A stretch of DNA of 64,000 nucleotides from NCBI GenBank assembly GCA_963676835.2, contig CAXXFF010000001.1, positions 576,001-640,000 of the forward strand. The letters run 5' to 3'. The notes beneath the pieces are model-generated. The model was not told the origin of the DNA. It saw nothing but the letters and a program-made list of their open reading frames with translations, and did not search any database. Position numbers and translations under genes: made by a program. Position 1 is the first letter of the stretch; each line of letters opens with the position of its first letter. The stretch is from Marispirochaeta sp. GTDB taxonomy: Bacteria > Spirochaetota > Spirochaetia > JC444 > Marispirochaetaceae. Positions 1-8,824 of this stretch are shown here, in pieces.

Positions 1-1426
1 CCTGCACAGGATCTGCATCAAGCTGGAGCATAGCACCTTTAAGACCGCAAATTTTTTCGGCAACAATATCGAGCCCTACCCCCCTTCCGGAGTGCATGGA
101 GGCATCATCATCGGTACTGAATCCTGGGGATGTGAGAATCTGGAGCAGGGACAGATCATCCTTAATACCCAGCTCTGCAGCACGCCGCCGTATGCGGCTT
201 TCATTAATACCGCGGCCGTCATCTTTTATCGATAAAAGAATTTCATCCGAAGTCCTTTGAAACTCAATCACAACCTCACCGCGGGGTGATTTCCCTCCGT
301 TGACCCGCTCGTGCCGATCTTCTATACCATGACTTACAGCATTACGCAGCAGCTGTATTACCGCATCCCGCAGCTGTTGCGCAAGCCAGCGTTCAATGAT
401 CAACTCACCGCCAACAATTTCGCAGCGGGCTTCCTTAAGCTGTTCTTCTGCAGCCTGAGCGACAACCATGGCCGCGTCCGCGAAGAAATCACCAAACGGG
501 ATACCCCCGGCTTCACTTATAATCTTCTCTATCCCCGAAAGTGCAGAGTATATAACCTTATGCTCAGGCTCGGCACATTTTTCACCTGCAAGATAGTATG
601 CGGATTTGCCCTGCAGCAGTTCGAACCAGAGGCTGGAAAGCTGATCCATGGAGATGCTTACTTTTTCGTAACGTTCACGTGATCCCGGTTTATATTCAGG
701 CCCCGAGTCTGGAAGATGCCGGGTCCACTGCAGCCGGGAAAGAAAAACCCGCCGGACCTGATCAACCTGCAGGGCATCAAAAAGCTCGCCCTCAGGCTTA
801 TGGGAGGTAAAAAAATACTCAACCGATCCATAATCTGCGTTTTCTTCTGGAACAGAGAGATCCGGCCCGGTTTTAATAACATTTACTGCCTGTTCCAGAT
901 TGTTGAGAACAAGAACAGCCTTAGGGTATTTCATTTCAGTTTCGGCTTCAAAATCACAAACCAGGCGGTATAGAAACTCTCCCCTGTCCCGGGATTCAGA
1001 CAGAAGCAGTTTTTCAAATTCAGAAAAAAGCTCTTTTGGTTTATCTCTGTCAGAACGCTTGATTCCCGACTCGGAAGTACTCTGAGCTTCGGAAAGGGGT
1101 CCCTTACCCTGACCTTCCGGAAACTGTACTTTGTCTGCAGCTTCTTTAAGCCCGGTTAGCAGCCTGTAGAGATTATCAAGCGGCGCTGGAGCGGCTGAAT
1201 GCTGCCGCATATCCTCAAACAGAGTCTCCGCTTCATGCGCCATGGCGGCAATAGGCTTCAGGTCAAGGTGAGCTGCTTCTGATTTAATGCTGTGCATATG
1301 CCGAAAGGCTTCGTCAATATAGGCAGTTTCGAGATTCCCGGACTCAAACTGGCCGAACAGATAGCCCAACCTTCCCAGGGACTCATCAATATCCTGCTTA
1401 AAACTTGCTTCAAGTTTTCCGGTCAC
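1..1426 (-). CDS. Divergent CheA-like histidine kinase (Hpt/P1, P2-like, degenerate P3, HATPase P4), truncated by the window edge
   Basis: Manual translation from GTG at 1426 (RBS AGGAG) is open to position 1. Hpt motif FRHMHSIKSEA..AHEAE; P2-like YRLVCDFEAETEMKYPKAVLVLNNLE; N box LLRNAVSHGIE; G1 IKDDGRGI; F box PGFST; G2 SGRGVGLDIV. Confidence 0.85.
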   Translation of the reverse strand, partial: MTGKLEASFKQDIDESLGRLGYLFGQFESGNLETAYIDEAFRHMHSIKSEAAHLDLKPIAAMAHEAETLFEDMRQHSAAPAPLDNLYRLLTGLKEAADKVQFPEGQGKGPLSEAQSTSESGIKRSDRDKPKELFSEFEKLLLSESRDRGEFLYRLVCDFEAETEMKYPKAVLVLNNLEQAVNVIKTGPDLSVPEENADYGSVEYFFTSHKPEGELFDALQVDQVRRVFLSRLQWTRHLPDSGPEYKPGSRERYEKVSISMDQLSSLWFELLQGKSAYYLAGEKCAEPEHKVIYSALSGIEKIISEAGGIPFGDFFADAAMVVAQAAEEQLKEARCEIVGGELIIERWLAQQLRDAVIQLLRNAVSHGIEDRHERVNGGKSPRGEVVIEFQRTSDEILLSIKDDGRGINESRIRRRAAELGIKDDLSLLQILTSPGFSTDDDASMHSGRGVGLDIVAEKICGLKGAMLQLDADPVQ

Positions 1427-1436
1427 ACAATAACTC

Positions 1437-2102
1437 CTAACGCCCTATAGTCTTGAAAATCTGCAGCGACCTGCGCCTGACTGAGGAAAAGTCATCCTGC
1501 ATACCGGCGGAAATCACGGACCGGTAGGAAAACCGGTTCGGCATTCGCTCTATTGTATCAAGAATTGCAAGTTTGATCCTGCTTTCTGCACGGTTAAAAA
1601 GCAGGATAAGATCAACTCCCGCGGCCTGAGCCCTAACCTTTCCTATGGCAGAGACTACGGCAAGAACAACCTGCTCATCCGTATCCTTAAGGCCCTCACG
1701 CAGATAATGGTAATTACCGGGATCCATGGTGTTCCCCAGCCGCATGGCAGCAAAAGCACGAAGTGCCGGGGTTTTACCCTTTTTAAGCAGACTGCCAAGC
1801 TCCCCAGGAGATGTCATTTTCGGCTGTGGCGCCGCTGTTCTCACAGGACGACCGGATGAGGCGGCCCGGTACTCAGGAGCTTTACGCCGGCTGCGCAGGG
1901 GGAAATCTATAATTCGCGACCCGAACCCCCGTTTACTCAGGGAATGATATGCTTCTACTACCTTTGCAAAAGCCATATTATCCGGTCGAAGCCCTGTGTC
2001 AGGATGAAGTTCTTTTACCATCCTGCGATAGGCTTTTTTTATCTCAGGTTCAGGTGCATTCTGCCCGACTCCAAGAACCCGGAAACATTCACTATCCAGC
2101 AC
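1437..2102 (-). CDS. J-domain (HPD) protein with C-terminal HEAT repeats
   Basis: FRVLGV...EIKKAYRRMVKELHPD...FAKVVEAYHSL is a J domain. HEAT-like segments LRAFAAMRLG, LKDTDEQVVLAVVSAIG, DDFSSVRRRS. GTG at 2102 has a GGGAGG RBS and overlaps the Hsp70 stop. Confidence 0.85.
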   Translation of the reverse strand: MLDSECFRVLGVGQNAPEPEIKKAYRRMVKELHPDTGLRPDNMAFAKVVEAYHSLSKRGFGSRIIDFPLRSRRKAPEYRAASSGRPVRTAAPQPKMTSPGELGSLLKKGKTPALRAFAAMRLGNTMDPGNYHYLREGLKDTDEQVVLAVVSAIGKVRAQAAGVDLILLFNRAESRIKLAILDTIERMPNRFSYRSVISAGMQDDFSSVRRRSLQIFKTIGR

Positions 2103-3696
2103 AGTCGGCCTCCCTTTCCATACTAAGGCCGCGTATTTCGCGTAGAATGGTTTTAAGTGCAATGGCACACTCTTTTTCCCATCCTCTGCTGCCGCCCTTC
2201 AGGATTGATGCGGATATATTGAGTATATCATCAATATCCTCTTTCAGGGTGGCATCAATACGGGTTCTGAAGCGCCTAGACTCTTTACGGACCCGCTCCA
2301 TTAAAACAGCTATGCCTGGCTCCCGCCGGGAAGCAGTGGAAAAACACAGTTCTCTGCTTGTATCCGTTTCTGCATCCCGGGCTTTCAGGTGAAGAATCCC
2401 ATCAGCGTTGATGGAGAACTCAACTTCCACCTTCGGCGATCCTTTGGGTGCGGGGCGGATACTGTTCAGTTGAACTTTTCCCAGGGACCGGTTTCGCAAA
2501 GCATCAAGAAAACTTCCCTGGAGAAGGTTTATCTCCACGGTCTGCTGATTATCACTTACGGTGGTGAATACCTTTTTAACCTTAAGCGGCAGCGGAGTGT
2601 TGCGGGAGGCAAGACGCAGGGTTTTACCCCCGTCAATTTCAATACCGAAATCATATGGCAGGACCTCCCTGACCCGGCGCCCTTTTCCCATAAGAGGAAC
2701 AGCAGCGGCAGCTCCAAGAGCAACTACTTCGGAGGGGCTTGTACGGATACGAACCTTATTCCCCATAAAGGCCTGTATCCCTTCCTGAACCGCAGGAATC
2801 CGGCAACTCCCGCCGGCAAGTACCAGGGTCCCGATATCTTCCCTTCTCCAACCGTTCTGAATAAGAGCCTCGTCCATTACCTTCACCGCCCTCTTTATGA
2901 GGGATGCGACAGCCTTCTCATACTCCTGTCTGGTTATTCTAATATCCCCATGTCCAGGAAGCGAGATAACTGCTTCCCGGCTGGAACTCAAAGTAATTTT
3001 TGCTTCTTCCGCTTTAGCCTGCAGGAGCGCACGATATTGATCATCAAGCTGAAATCCCGGTTGAATTTTCTTTAAGATCAGAGAGAACATACGGGAAGTA
3101 AAATCGGCACCGCCGAGAAAAGCATCCCCGTACACACCTTTAACAGTACACTCATCTCCATGGACAGTCAGGATGGCAATGTCCAGGGTCCCACCTCCAA
3201 AATCGAACACAGCGCAGGGACCGGAAATTCTGCTGCCCCAGGCCAGAGCGGCAGCTGCAGGCTCGCTTATAAGCTTCACCGACGAAAGCCCTGCAGCCTC
3301 TGCAGCATTAACCGTTGCCTTTCGCTGTGTTTGTGAAAAATGGGCGGGAACCGTGAGAACAGCGCCTGTTACAGGCTGTTTAAGGAAATCCTCCGCATCT
3401 TTTACCACTTTCTTTATTATAAAGCCGGTTATCTCCAGGGGAGTGAAAATACGGTCTCCCAACTGTACAGGGAAGGCCGTGCCTATCCTGCGCTTTATAT
3501 TGCGGACTGTACGGCCATAGTCAGTAATACTCTGTTTCTCCGCGGAATTTCCAACCAGAAGTCCGGTGTTGTCACTCCAGGCGATAACTGCGGGAGTTAC
3601 AGCAAAACCGTAACTGTTGGGAATAATTGAAGGTCCGCTGCCATCCATAAAAGAAGCAGAACAGGTGCTTGTTCCTATATCAATTCCAATAATCAT
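2092..3696 (-). CDS. Divergent Hsp70-family (DnaK/HscC-like) chaperone, 534 aa
   Basis: IGIDIGTS, NIKRRIG, TVPAHF..QR, ISEPAAAAL, FDFGGGTLD, LGGADF, LAGGSCRIP; substrate-binding domain TVSDNQQTVEINLLQG, PAPKGSPKVEVEFSINADGIL. Confidence 0.93.
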   Translation of the reverse strand: MIIGIDIGTSTCSASFMDGSGPSIIPNSYGFAVTPAVIAWSDNTGLLVGNSAEKQSITDYGRTVRNIKRRIGTAFPVQLGDRIFTPLEITGFIIKKVVKDAEDFLKQPVTGAVLTVPAHFSQTQRKATVNAAEAAGLSSVKLISEPAAAALAWGSRISGPCAVFDFGGGTLDIAILTVHGDECTVKGVYGDAFLGGADFTSRMFSLILKKIQPGFQLDDQYRALLQAKAEEAKITLSSSREAVISLPGHGDIRITRQEYEKAVASLIKRAVKVMDEALIQNGWRREDIGTLVLAGGSCRIPAVQEGIQAFMGNKVRIRTSPSEVVALGAAAAVPLMGKGRRVREVLPYDFGIEIDGGKTLRLASRNTPLPLKVKKVFTTVSDNQQTVEINLLQGSFLDALRNRSLGKVQLNSIRPAPKGSPKVEVEFSINADGILHLKARDAETDTSRELCFSTASRREPGIAVLMERVRKESRRFRTRIDATLKEDIDDILNISASILKGGSRGWEKECAIALKTILREIRGLSMEREADCAG

Positions 3697-3700
3697 ACAT

Positions 3701-4213
3701 TTATCTATCGGTCTGTTCTGACAGGGATATTATCAGTTCCACCTCCCCAAGGGGTTTTCCCACCCTGGCAGCTATCAGACGGGATTCAAGACCCTGTCGG
3801 TACAGGCGAACAATCTGCTGATTAACGGATTCTTCTTCCTTCGGTTCTGGCACTATCGATGCAGTTTCAGGTTCTTCGTTCTCTTCAACCACCTGAATTG
3901 TGATGGGCTTCCTGGATGCAAGGTGGGAGTACTCGCTGTTTGCGCGACTGATCTTTTCCCCTTCTCCCTGTAAAAGCTTCAACCGCCCGTCGGCATTGCG
4001 TATCTCCTGCTTCAACTTCAGCACAGTATCTTCAATAAGGCGGATATTTCTTTCCGTTGTTCCGTTTAAATCAGTCAAAATGGAGTCAAGCTCCGCTTCT
4101 ATATCCAAAAGAATCTTCCGCGGCCTGACAGTTCGTTTTATCACAGCCCGCTGGATGATAATAAACAGAATCCAGCCGACTATATTTAGGGTGAGAATTA
4201 TACCTGTACTCAT
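3701..4213 (-). CDS. Membrane-anchored coiled-coil protein with C-terminal HTH-like motif (DUF6115/YlxL-SwrB-like)
   Basis: N-terminal TM helix, coiled coil, C-terminal LYRQGL..IAARVGKPLGEVELIISL; lies downstream of fliA-fapA. Confidence 0.65.
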   Translation of the reverse strand: MSTGIILTLNIVGWILFIIIQRAVIKRTVRPRKILLDIEAELDSILTDLNGTTERNIRLIEDTVLKLKQEIRNADGRLKLLQGEGEKISRANSEYSHLASRKPITIQVVEENEEPETASIVPEPKEEESVNQQIVRLYRQGLESRLIAARVGKPLGEVELIISLSEQTDR

Positions 4214-4215
4214 TT

Positions 4216-4542
4216 TTATCCGGATATATCTATATTTTTGCCGAGATCTGGATCACTGTAATATTTTCTGGAAGACTTTTCATTCTGCGTTTCCTCTTCT
4301 TCCTTTTTCCGCTTCTTTTTTCCCCCCTGAGACTGCTCCTGATCCTCATGTACTTCTTCAGGGCCGTCCGAGGTGGATTCGGTTTCGTTTACACTTTTAT
4401 CCCGCTGTTCTGTCTCTTTCACAAGCTCGCTGCCCATGGCAAGCTGCTGCAGGTGCAGACCTTCCTTCTGCTGGGCCTGTTCTTTCCCAACCTGATTCAT
4501 GTGCATAAACAATGTCTGCAGATCAATGGGTTTAATGGACAT
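4216..4542 (-). CDS. Small conserved hypothetical protein typical downstream of fapA
   Basis: MSIKPIDLQ N-terminus and GKNIDISG C-terminus; TGATG coupling to fapA. Confidence 0.7.
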   Translation of the reverse strand: MSIKPIDLQTLFMHMNQVGKEQAQQKEGLHLQQLAMGSELVKETEQRDKSVNETESTSDGPEEVHEDQEQSQGGKKKRKKEEEETQNEKSSRKYYSDPDLGKNIDISG

Positions 4543-6485
4543 CAGCGTTTTTTTGTGTAATCTTCCTCCAGCTCTTCGTATTTGGTAACCTTAACCTCGT
4601 TCATTTCAGTTACAAAGGTAACATTCTTGAATTCGTTGCGTATTTTAAGCGATGCATCCTTGATGACAACCTTTACTCCCGGGTAGACCTTGCCCGATGC
4701 CGAGACCTTTCCGTTAACTTTCAGGGAAGCCAGATATTCCTGAATGGTTTTAACCTCTTTCTCCAGACCGCTTCGGTTGCCTTCAACCTCCGCTTTCTGG
4801 GCGGTAAGGGTTTCCAGATACTGAGCCTTGTCTTCAGGAAGCTCTTTTTTAATCTTTTTAAAGTTTTCCAGGGTGTGTATATTCAGCTCTATCTCTTCAA
4901 GCTGGGTGTTGAGACCCTTTATTTCCGCCTCAAGCCCCTGAATTTTGGCAATACTCTTGGGATCATATCCCACTTCAACAGTGGTTTCCGCCCCGGCGAT
5001 GGAACCGATATTCTTTGCATGAATCTCTTCACTTGCCCTGAGCCGTCCTCCGACAATGGTGGCCCGTTTACCCTGAACAATTACCCGTTCATCAGCATTC
5101 ACCGTACTGTTAATAATACCGTCAGAGACAACTACCATTTTTCCGGATTCTACAGTTGAGTTTTCAAGAAACTTTGCCCAGACACTTCTACCGGCCCTGA
5201 TAGTACCGCCGCCGCGTCCGTTCATACCCTGGTGGATAATGATATCACCTTCAGCATCGAGATCACATTTACCGACATTACCCATGACCTCAATATTTCC
5301 GGCGGCCTTAACCTTGAAGCCGTCTTCCACACTGCCCTTTACAAAAACCGTACCGAGGAAGATTACATTACCACCGGTTTTAAGGTTTACATTTCCCGGT
5401 ACAACATAGATGGGCTCAACATTGAGTTTTTCATTGGCAATTACAACCTGCCCGTTTATGGCCGCCTGGGCGGTCATACCGTCATCGGAAAGCTTTACAT
5501 TCTTGCCTATACCCAGGGAAATATCCTTTCCGTTCTTTGCGGGCAGCAGTTTTCCGGTAACGCTGCGTCCGTTTTCACCCTCTTCAGCAGGAATTTTTCT
5601 GGCCAGAGCCTGTCCTTCAACAACATTCTGAACAATATTCTGTTCCTTGAAATCCACCCGGCCGTTCTTTTCTTTCAACTGAACCTTTCCGGTCTCAAGC
5701 TCAAAATTATAAATAACTCTGGCATCCGCACCGTCCTGGGGCTTGGTGCCTTCCGCAACAAGAATGGATTCATTGTAGGCGGGCCGGTCAATAAAATTAT
5801 AGATAACATCTTCTTTAAGACCATGGACGACGCCGTTGTTCTTGAGGATATTCTCTATAATCTCATAGCTGAGATCCGCACCGCCCTGGCCGGGAGGACG
5901 AACCACAACATAGGCCTTCATATCGAAATCAGTAATATCAACAGTAATAATGGGATCGTTGGCCGGATTATAGACAAAATCACCAATGGGGACATATTCA
6001 CTCCCCGCCTGCTTAACCACTGCGGTAACCATGGATTTATCAAAGTTATCCACACCTCTGCGGTCTATGGCATCGATGGCCTGCCTTTCAGTTGCTTTTT
6101 TGCCCTGGCCTTTAGGTAGGGTTACCTTGAGAAGAACACCTTCAGGAGACAGTCTCACAAAAACTTCTCCGTCCCGGTCTTCAGGGATCACTTCTTTAGC
6201 TGCGTCATAGCCGAGATCGAAATCGATATTATGATCTTCTTCCTGGACTTCCTGTCTCTTTTCATAGGCGATAAGCATACAGTCCCTGCGGCCCATACCG
6301 AAGGTCCCCTTGCTGCCGGGATCCAGAACTTCGTATTCAATCTCTTTAAGAGGGACCGCCAGCTCAATGGCAGCCTGAGTAAGAGCATCATCTATAGTAG
6401 GACCGGAAACATTAACAGAACGCCGTTTCTTGTCTTCCTCGGCCTGGACTTTCATGTATTCTCGGAGCCGGGGCAGTTCGATCAT
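4542..6485 (-). CDS. fapA: FapA/DUF342 flagellar assembly protein with N-terminal Jag_N-like domain
   Basis: Jag_N-like SGPTIDDAL..AAIEL...EYEVLDPGSKGTFGMG; DUF342 beta-helix GNVIFLGTVFVKGSVEDGFKVKAAGNIEV; follows fliA. Confidence 0.85.
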   Translation of the reverse strand: MIELPRLREYMKVQAEEDKKRRSVNVSGPTIDDALTQAAIELAVPLKEIEYEVLDPGSKGTFGMGRRDCMLIAYEKRQEVQEEDHNIDFDLGYDAAKEVIPEDRDGEVFVRLSPEGVLLKVTLPKGQGKKATERQAIDAIDRRGVDNFDKSMVTAVVKQAGSEYVPIGDFVYNPANDPIITVDITDFDMKAYVVVRPPGQGGADLSYEIIENILKNNGVVHGLKEDVIYNFIDRPAYNESILVAEGTKPQDGADARVIYNFELETGKVQLKEKNGRVDFKEQNIVQNVVEGQALARKIPAEEGENGRSVTGKLLPAKNGKDISLGIGKNVKLSDDGMTAQAAINGQVVIANEKLNVEPIYVVPGNVNLKTGGNVIFLGTVFVKGSVEDGFKVKAAGNIEVMGNVGKCDLDAEGDIIIHQGMNGRGGGTIRAGRSVWAKFLENSTVESGKMVVVSDGIINSTVNADERVIVQGKRATIVGGRLRASEEIHAKNIGSIAGAETTVEVGYDPKSIAKIQGLEAEIKGLNTQLEEIELNIHTLENFKKIKKELPEDKAQYLETLTAQKAEVEGNRSGLEKEVKTIQEYLASLKVNGKVSASGKVYPGVKVVIKDASLKIRNEFKNVTFVTEMNEVKVTKYEELEEDYTKKR

Positions 6486-6487
6486 GG

Positions 6488-7276
6488 CTACATAATACCT
6501 TTTTTAATGTTAGTAAGCTTTGCCCTCAGGCGCATAATCGCTTTAGTGTGCAGCTGACTGATTCTCGACTCGGTAACTTCCAGAACTTTGCCGATTTCCT
6601 TGAGAGTAAGGTCTTCGTAATAGTAGAGAACAAGAACCTTTTTCTCTTTTTCAGGCAACTCGTTTATAGCCTCTACAATTACTTTCTTTATTTCATCCTT
6701 TTCAACGATAATATCGGGATTAAGGCTGTGGGGGGATTCAATACTGTCTACAATGGAAACCTTGTCGTTTTCGTCGCCGGTGTACCAGACATCATTAAGG
6801 GACATTATGGAGGTACCGGAAATTTTAACCATGGCTTTATGGTATTCATCGATATTCATACCCATTTCAGCGGCAATTTCCAGATCCGACGCGCTCCGCC
6901 CAAGAGAGGCTTCCAGGGTCTGGACCGTATCTTCGATCTCCCTGGCTTTCTGTCTCACCGAACGGGGAACCCAGTCGATGGAACGGAGCTCATCAAAGAT
7001 TGCACCGCGGATTCTGGTGACGGCATAAGTTTTAAACTTTACATGCTTTTCCGGATCAAACTTTGTAATGGCATCCATAAGGCCGAAAACGCCAAAACCG
7101 ACAAGATCGTCGAATTCAACATTATGAGGCATGCCCATGGCTACCTTCCCGGCGACATACTTCACCAGCGGTGCATATTGACGCACAAAGGCATCGCGTA
7201 TTTTCGGGTCCTGGTTTTTCTTATAGAGGGCCCAGAGTTCCTCTTCTGTTTTGCCTTCCAATACGGTTTCTGCCAT
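6488..7276 (-). CDS. fliA: RNA polymerase sigma-28 factor FliA/WhiG
   Basis: [44 protein letters not shown]. Confidence 0.96.
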   Translation of the reverse strand: MAETVLEGKTEEELWALYKKNQDPKIRDAFVRQYAPLVKYVAGKVAMGMPHNVEFDDLVGFGVFGLMDAITKFDPEKHVKFKTYAVTRIRGAIFDELRSIDWVPRSVRQKAREIEDTVQTLEASLGRSASDLEIAAEMGMNIDEYHKAMVKISGTSIMSLNDVWYTGDENDKVSIVDSIESPHSLNPDIIVEKDEIKKVIVEAINELPEKEKKVLVLYYYEDLTLKEIGKVLEVTESRISQLHTKAIMRLRAKLTNIKKGIM

Positions 7277-7279
7277 AGG

Positions 7280-7903
7280 TTATCCTTCCTGGTCCCGTTT
7301 CATTATTGTCTGTACCGCCCTGGCAACATCTCCCGGACTCGTCATTTCTCCAAGAACATCTACTTCACTGGTGGACTGTATAGATGATACCTCATCCGAA
7401 CTGTTATCGTCGTCACCATAGGAAGCTTCAAAAGAATCACTTAATCCTTCCATACTGGGAAGCTCCTCCATGGAATCTACACTGTCATCTCCTGCCGGTA
7501 CCGCAGCAGCGGATGACATATCGGGCTGACTCTGCCCGTGAGCGTCGCTGCTGCCGATCTCTTCAACGAAACCGGCGGATTCACCAGACTCAGATTCCGA
7601 CCGGGGACTCTCTTCCCCGTCTTCCAGGGTTATATCAACCCGGGAACCTGTATCATTGGTTTCTGCCACTGCAACAGGTTCTGCCTCGGAAGGAGAATCC
7701 TCGCTGCCCGCAGCGGTAAACAAATCAGGGAAAATCATTCGGCTGAGTAATTCCAGCGCCGCAGTAAGAAGTGCGAATGCCAGTCCTGCGATAAAAGCCC
7801 GCATCAGGATACTGAAAAAACCGACCCCGCTGACAATCCCTGTAATCAGGGATACGACAAAAGCGAAACCAGCTGCTGCTGCGACTATACCGTAGGAAAC
7901 CAC
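7280..7903 (-). CDS. FlgV-like protein (2 TM helices plus acidic disordered tail)
   Basis: Two N-terminal hydrophobic helices and an acidic low-complexity tail; sits between flhG and fliA, the position reported for flgV. Confidence 0.6.
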   Translation of the reverse strand: MVSYGIVAAAAGFAFVVSLITGIVSGVGFFSILMRAFIAGLAFALLTAALELLSRMIFPDLFTAAGSEDSPSEAEPVAVAETNDTGSRVDITLEDGEESPRSESESGESAGFVEEIGSSDAHGQSQPDMSSAAAVPAGDDSVDSMEELPSMEGLSDSFEASYGDDDNSSDEVSSIQSTSEVDVLGEMTSPGDVARAVQTIMKRDQEG

Positions 7904-7951
7904 TTTATACAGACCCTCCCATGTACAGATTATGAGAAATCCATGAAGCCG

Positions 7952-8824
7952 TCAAGCTTCGATATTTTTTCCCAGAAGCTTGCGGATAAAATTACCAAAC
8001 CCGCTGCCTTCCCGGTATTCCACCTTCTCCAGCCGGCCGACCAGATGTTTAACACATATAGCCGCCTTACTGTTCGGATCAACAACCATAAAAGGCTTCT
8101 GCTTCAACACCGATGACCCAACAATGGGGTCATCATAAACATAGCCCAGGTAGTCAACCTTAAGATTGAGAAACTGCCCGGCAATACTGATAACACGTTC
8201 TGAAACCTTTTTCCCTTCGGTTACCGATTTTACCCGGTTAACAATAAGTTTCAGGCCGAGGTTCATATTATCAATTTCGGTGGCAATAATCTTTATTATT
8301 CCATAGGCATCGGTAATGGCTGTCGGCTCAGGCGTGGTGACAATAAGTGCTTCGTCAGCGGCGGCGACAAAGTCCAGAACGTTATGAGAGACACCGGCAC
8401 TGGTATCTATAATGATTACATCCGCATCGGAAAGACCGCCAAGCTCTTCGATGAAATGCTCCCGTTCATCATCCGACAGATTGGCGATCTTCGAAAAGCC
8501 GGAAGCCCCGGCAATGATCTGTATGCCGTAGTTGGTGTCCAGCAGTATATCCTGCAGATTCTTCTGCTTCCGGATAAGATGGTACAGGTTGTATTTGGGA
8601 ATAATACCCAGCACCACATTTACATTGGCCAATCCGAGATCTGCATCCATTACAATTACTTTTTTCCCCAGCCGGGCATACGCAAGAGCAAGATTTATGG
8701 AGAGATTTGTTTTACCTACCCCGCCTTTTCCGCTGGTGACAGCAATAATCCGGGTTTTACTTCCCCCGCTTCCGTTATTACGGGACCGCATTAACTCCCG
8801 CAGCTGTTCGGCTTGATCCGTCAT
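7952..8824 (-). CDS. flhG: MinD-like ATPase FlhG
   Basis: DQAEQLR, SGKGGVGKT, DADLGLAN, TPEPTAITDAY. Confidence 0.95.
   Translation of the reverse strand: MTDQAEQLRELMRSRNNGSGGSKTRIIAVTSGKGGVGKTNLSINLALAYARLGKKVIVMDADLGLANVNVVLGIIPKYNLYHLIRKQKNLQDILLDTNYGIQIIAGASGFSKIANLSDDEREHFIEELGGLSDADVIIIDTSAGVSHNVLDFVAAADEALIVTTPEPTAITDAYGIIKIIATEIDNMNLGLKLIVNRVKSVTEGKKVSERVISIAGQFLNLKVDYLGYVYDDPIVGSSVLKQKPFMVVDPNSKAAICVKHLVGRLEKVEYREGSGFGNFIRKLLGKNIEA

Noticed and set aside
311..1085. Short ORFs in the track over 311-1085
   Set aside because: They are shadows of the minus-strand CheA-like frame, which carries clear kinase motifs.
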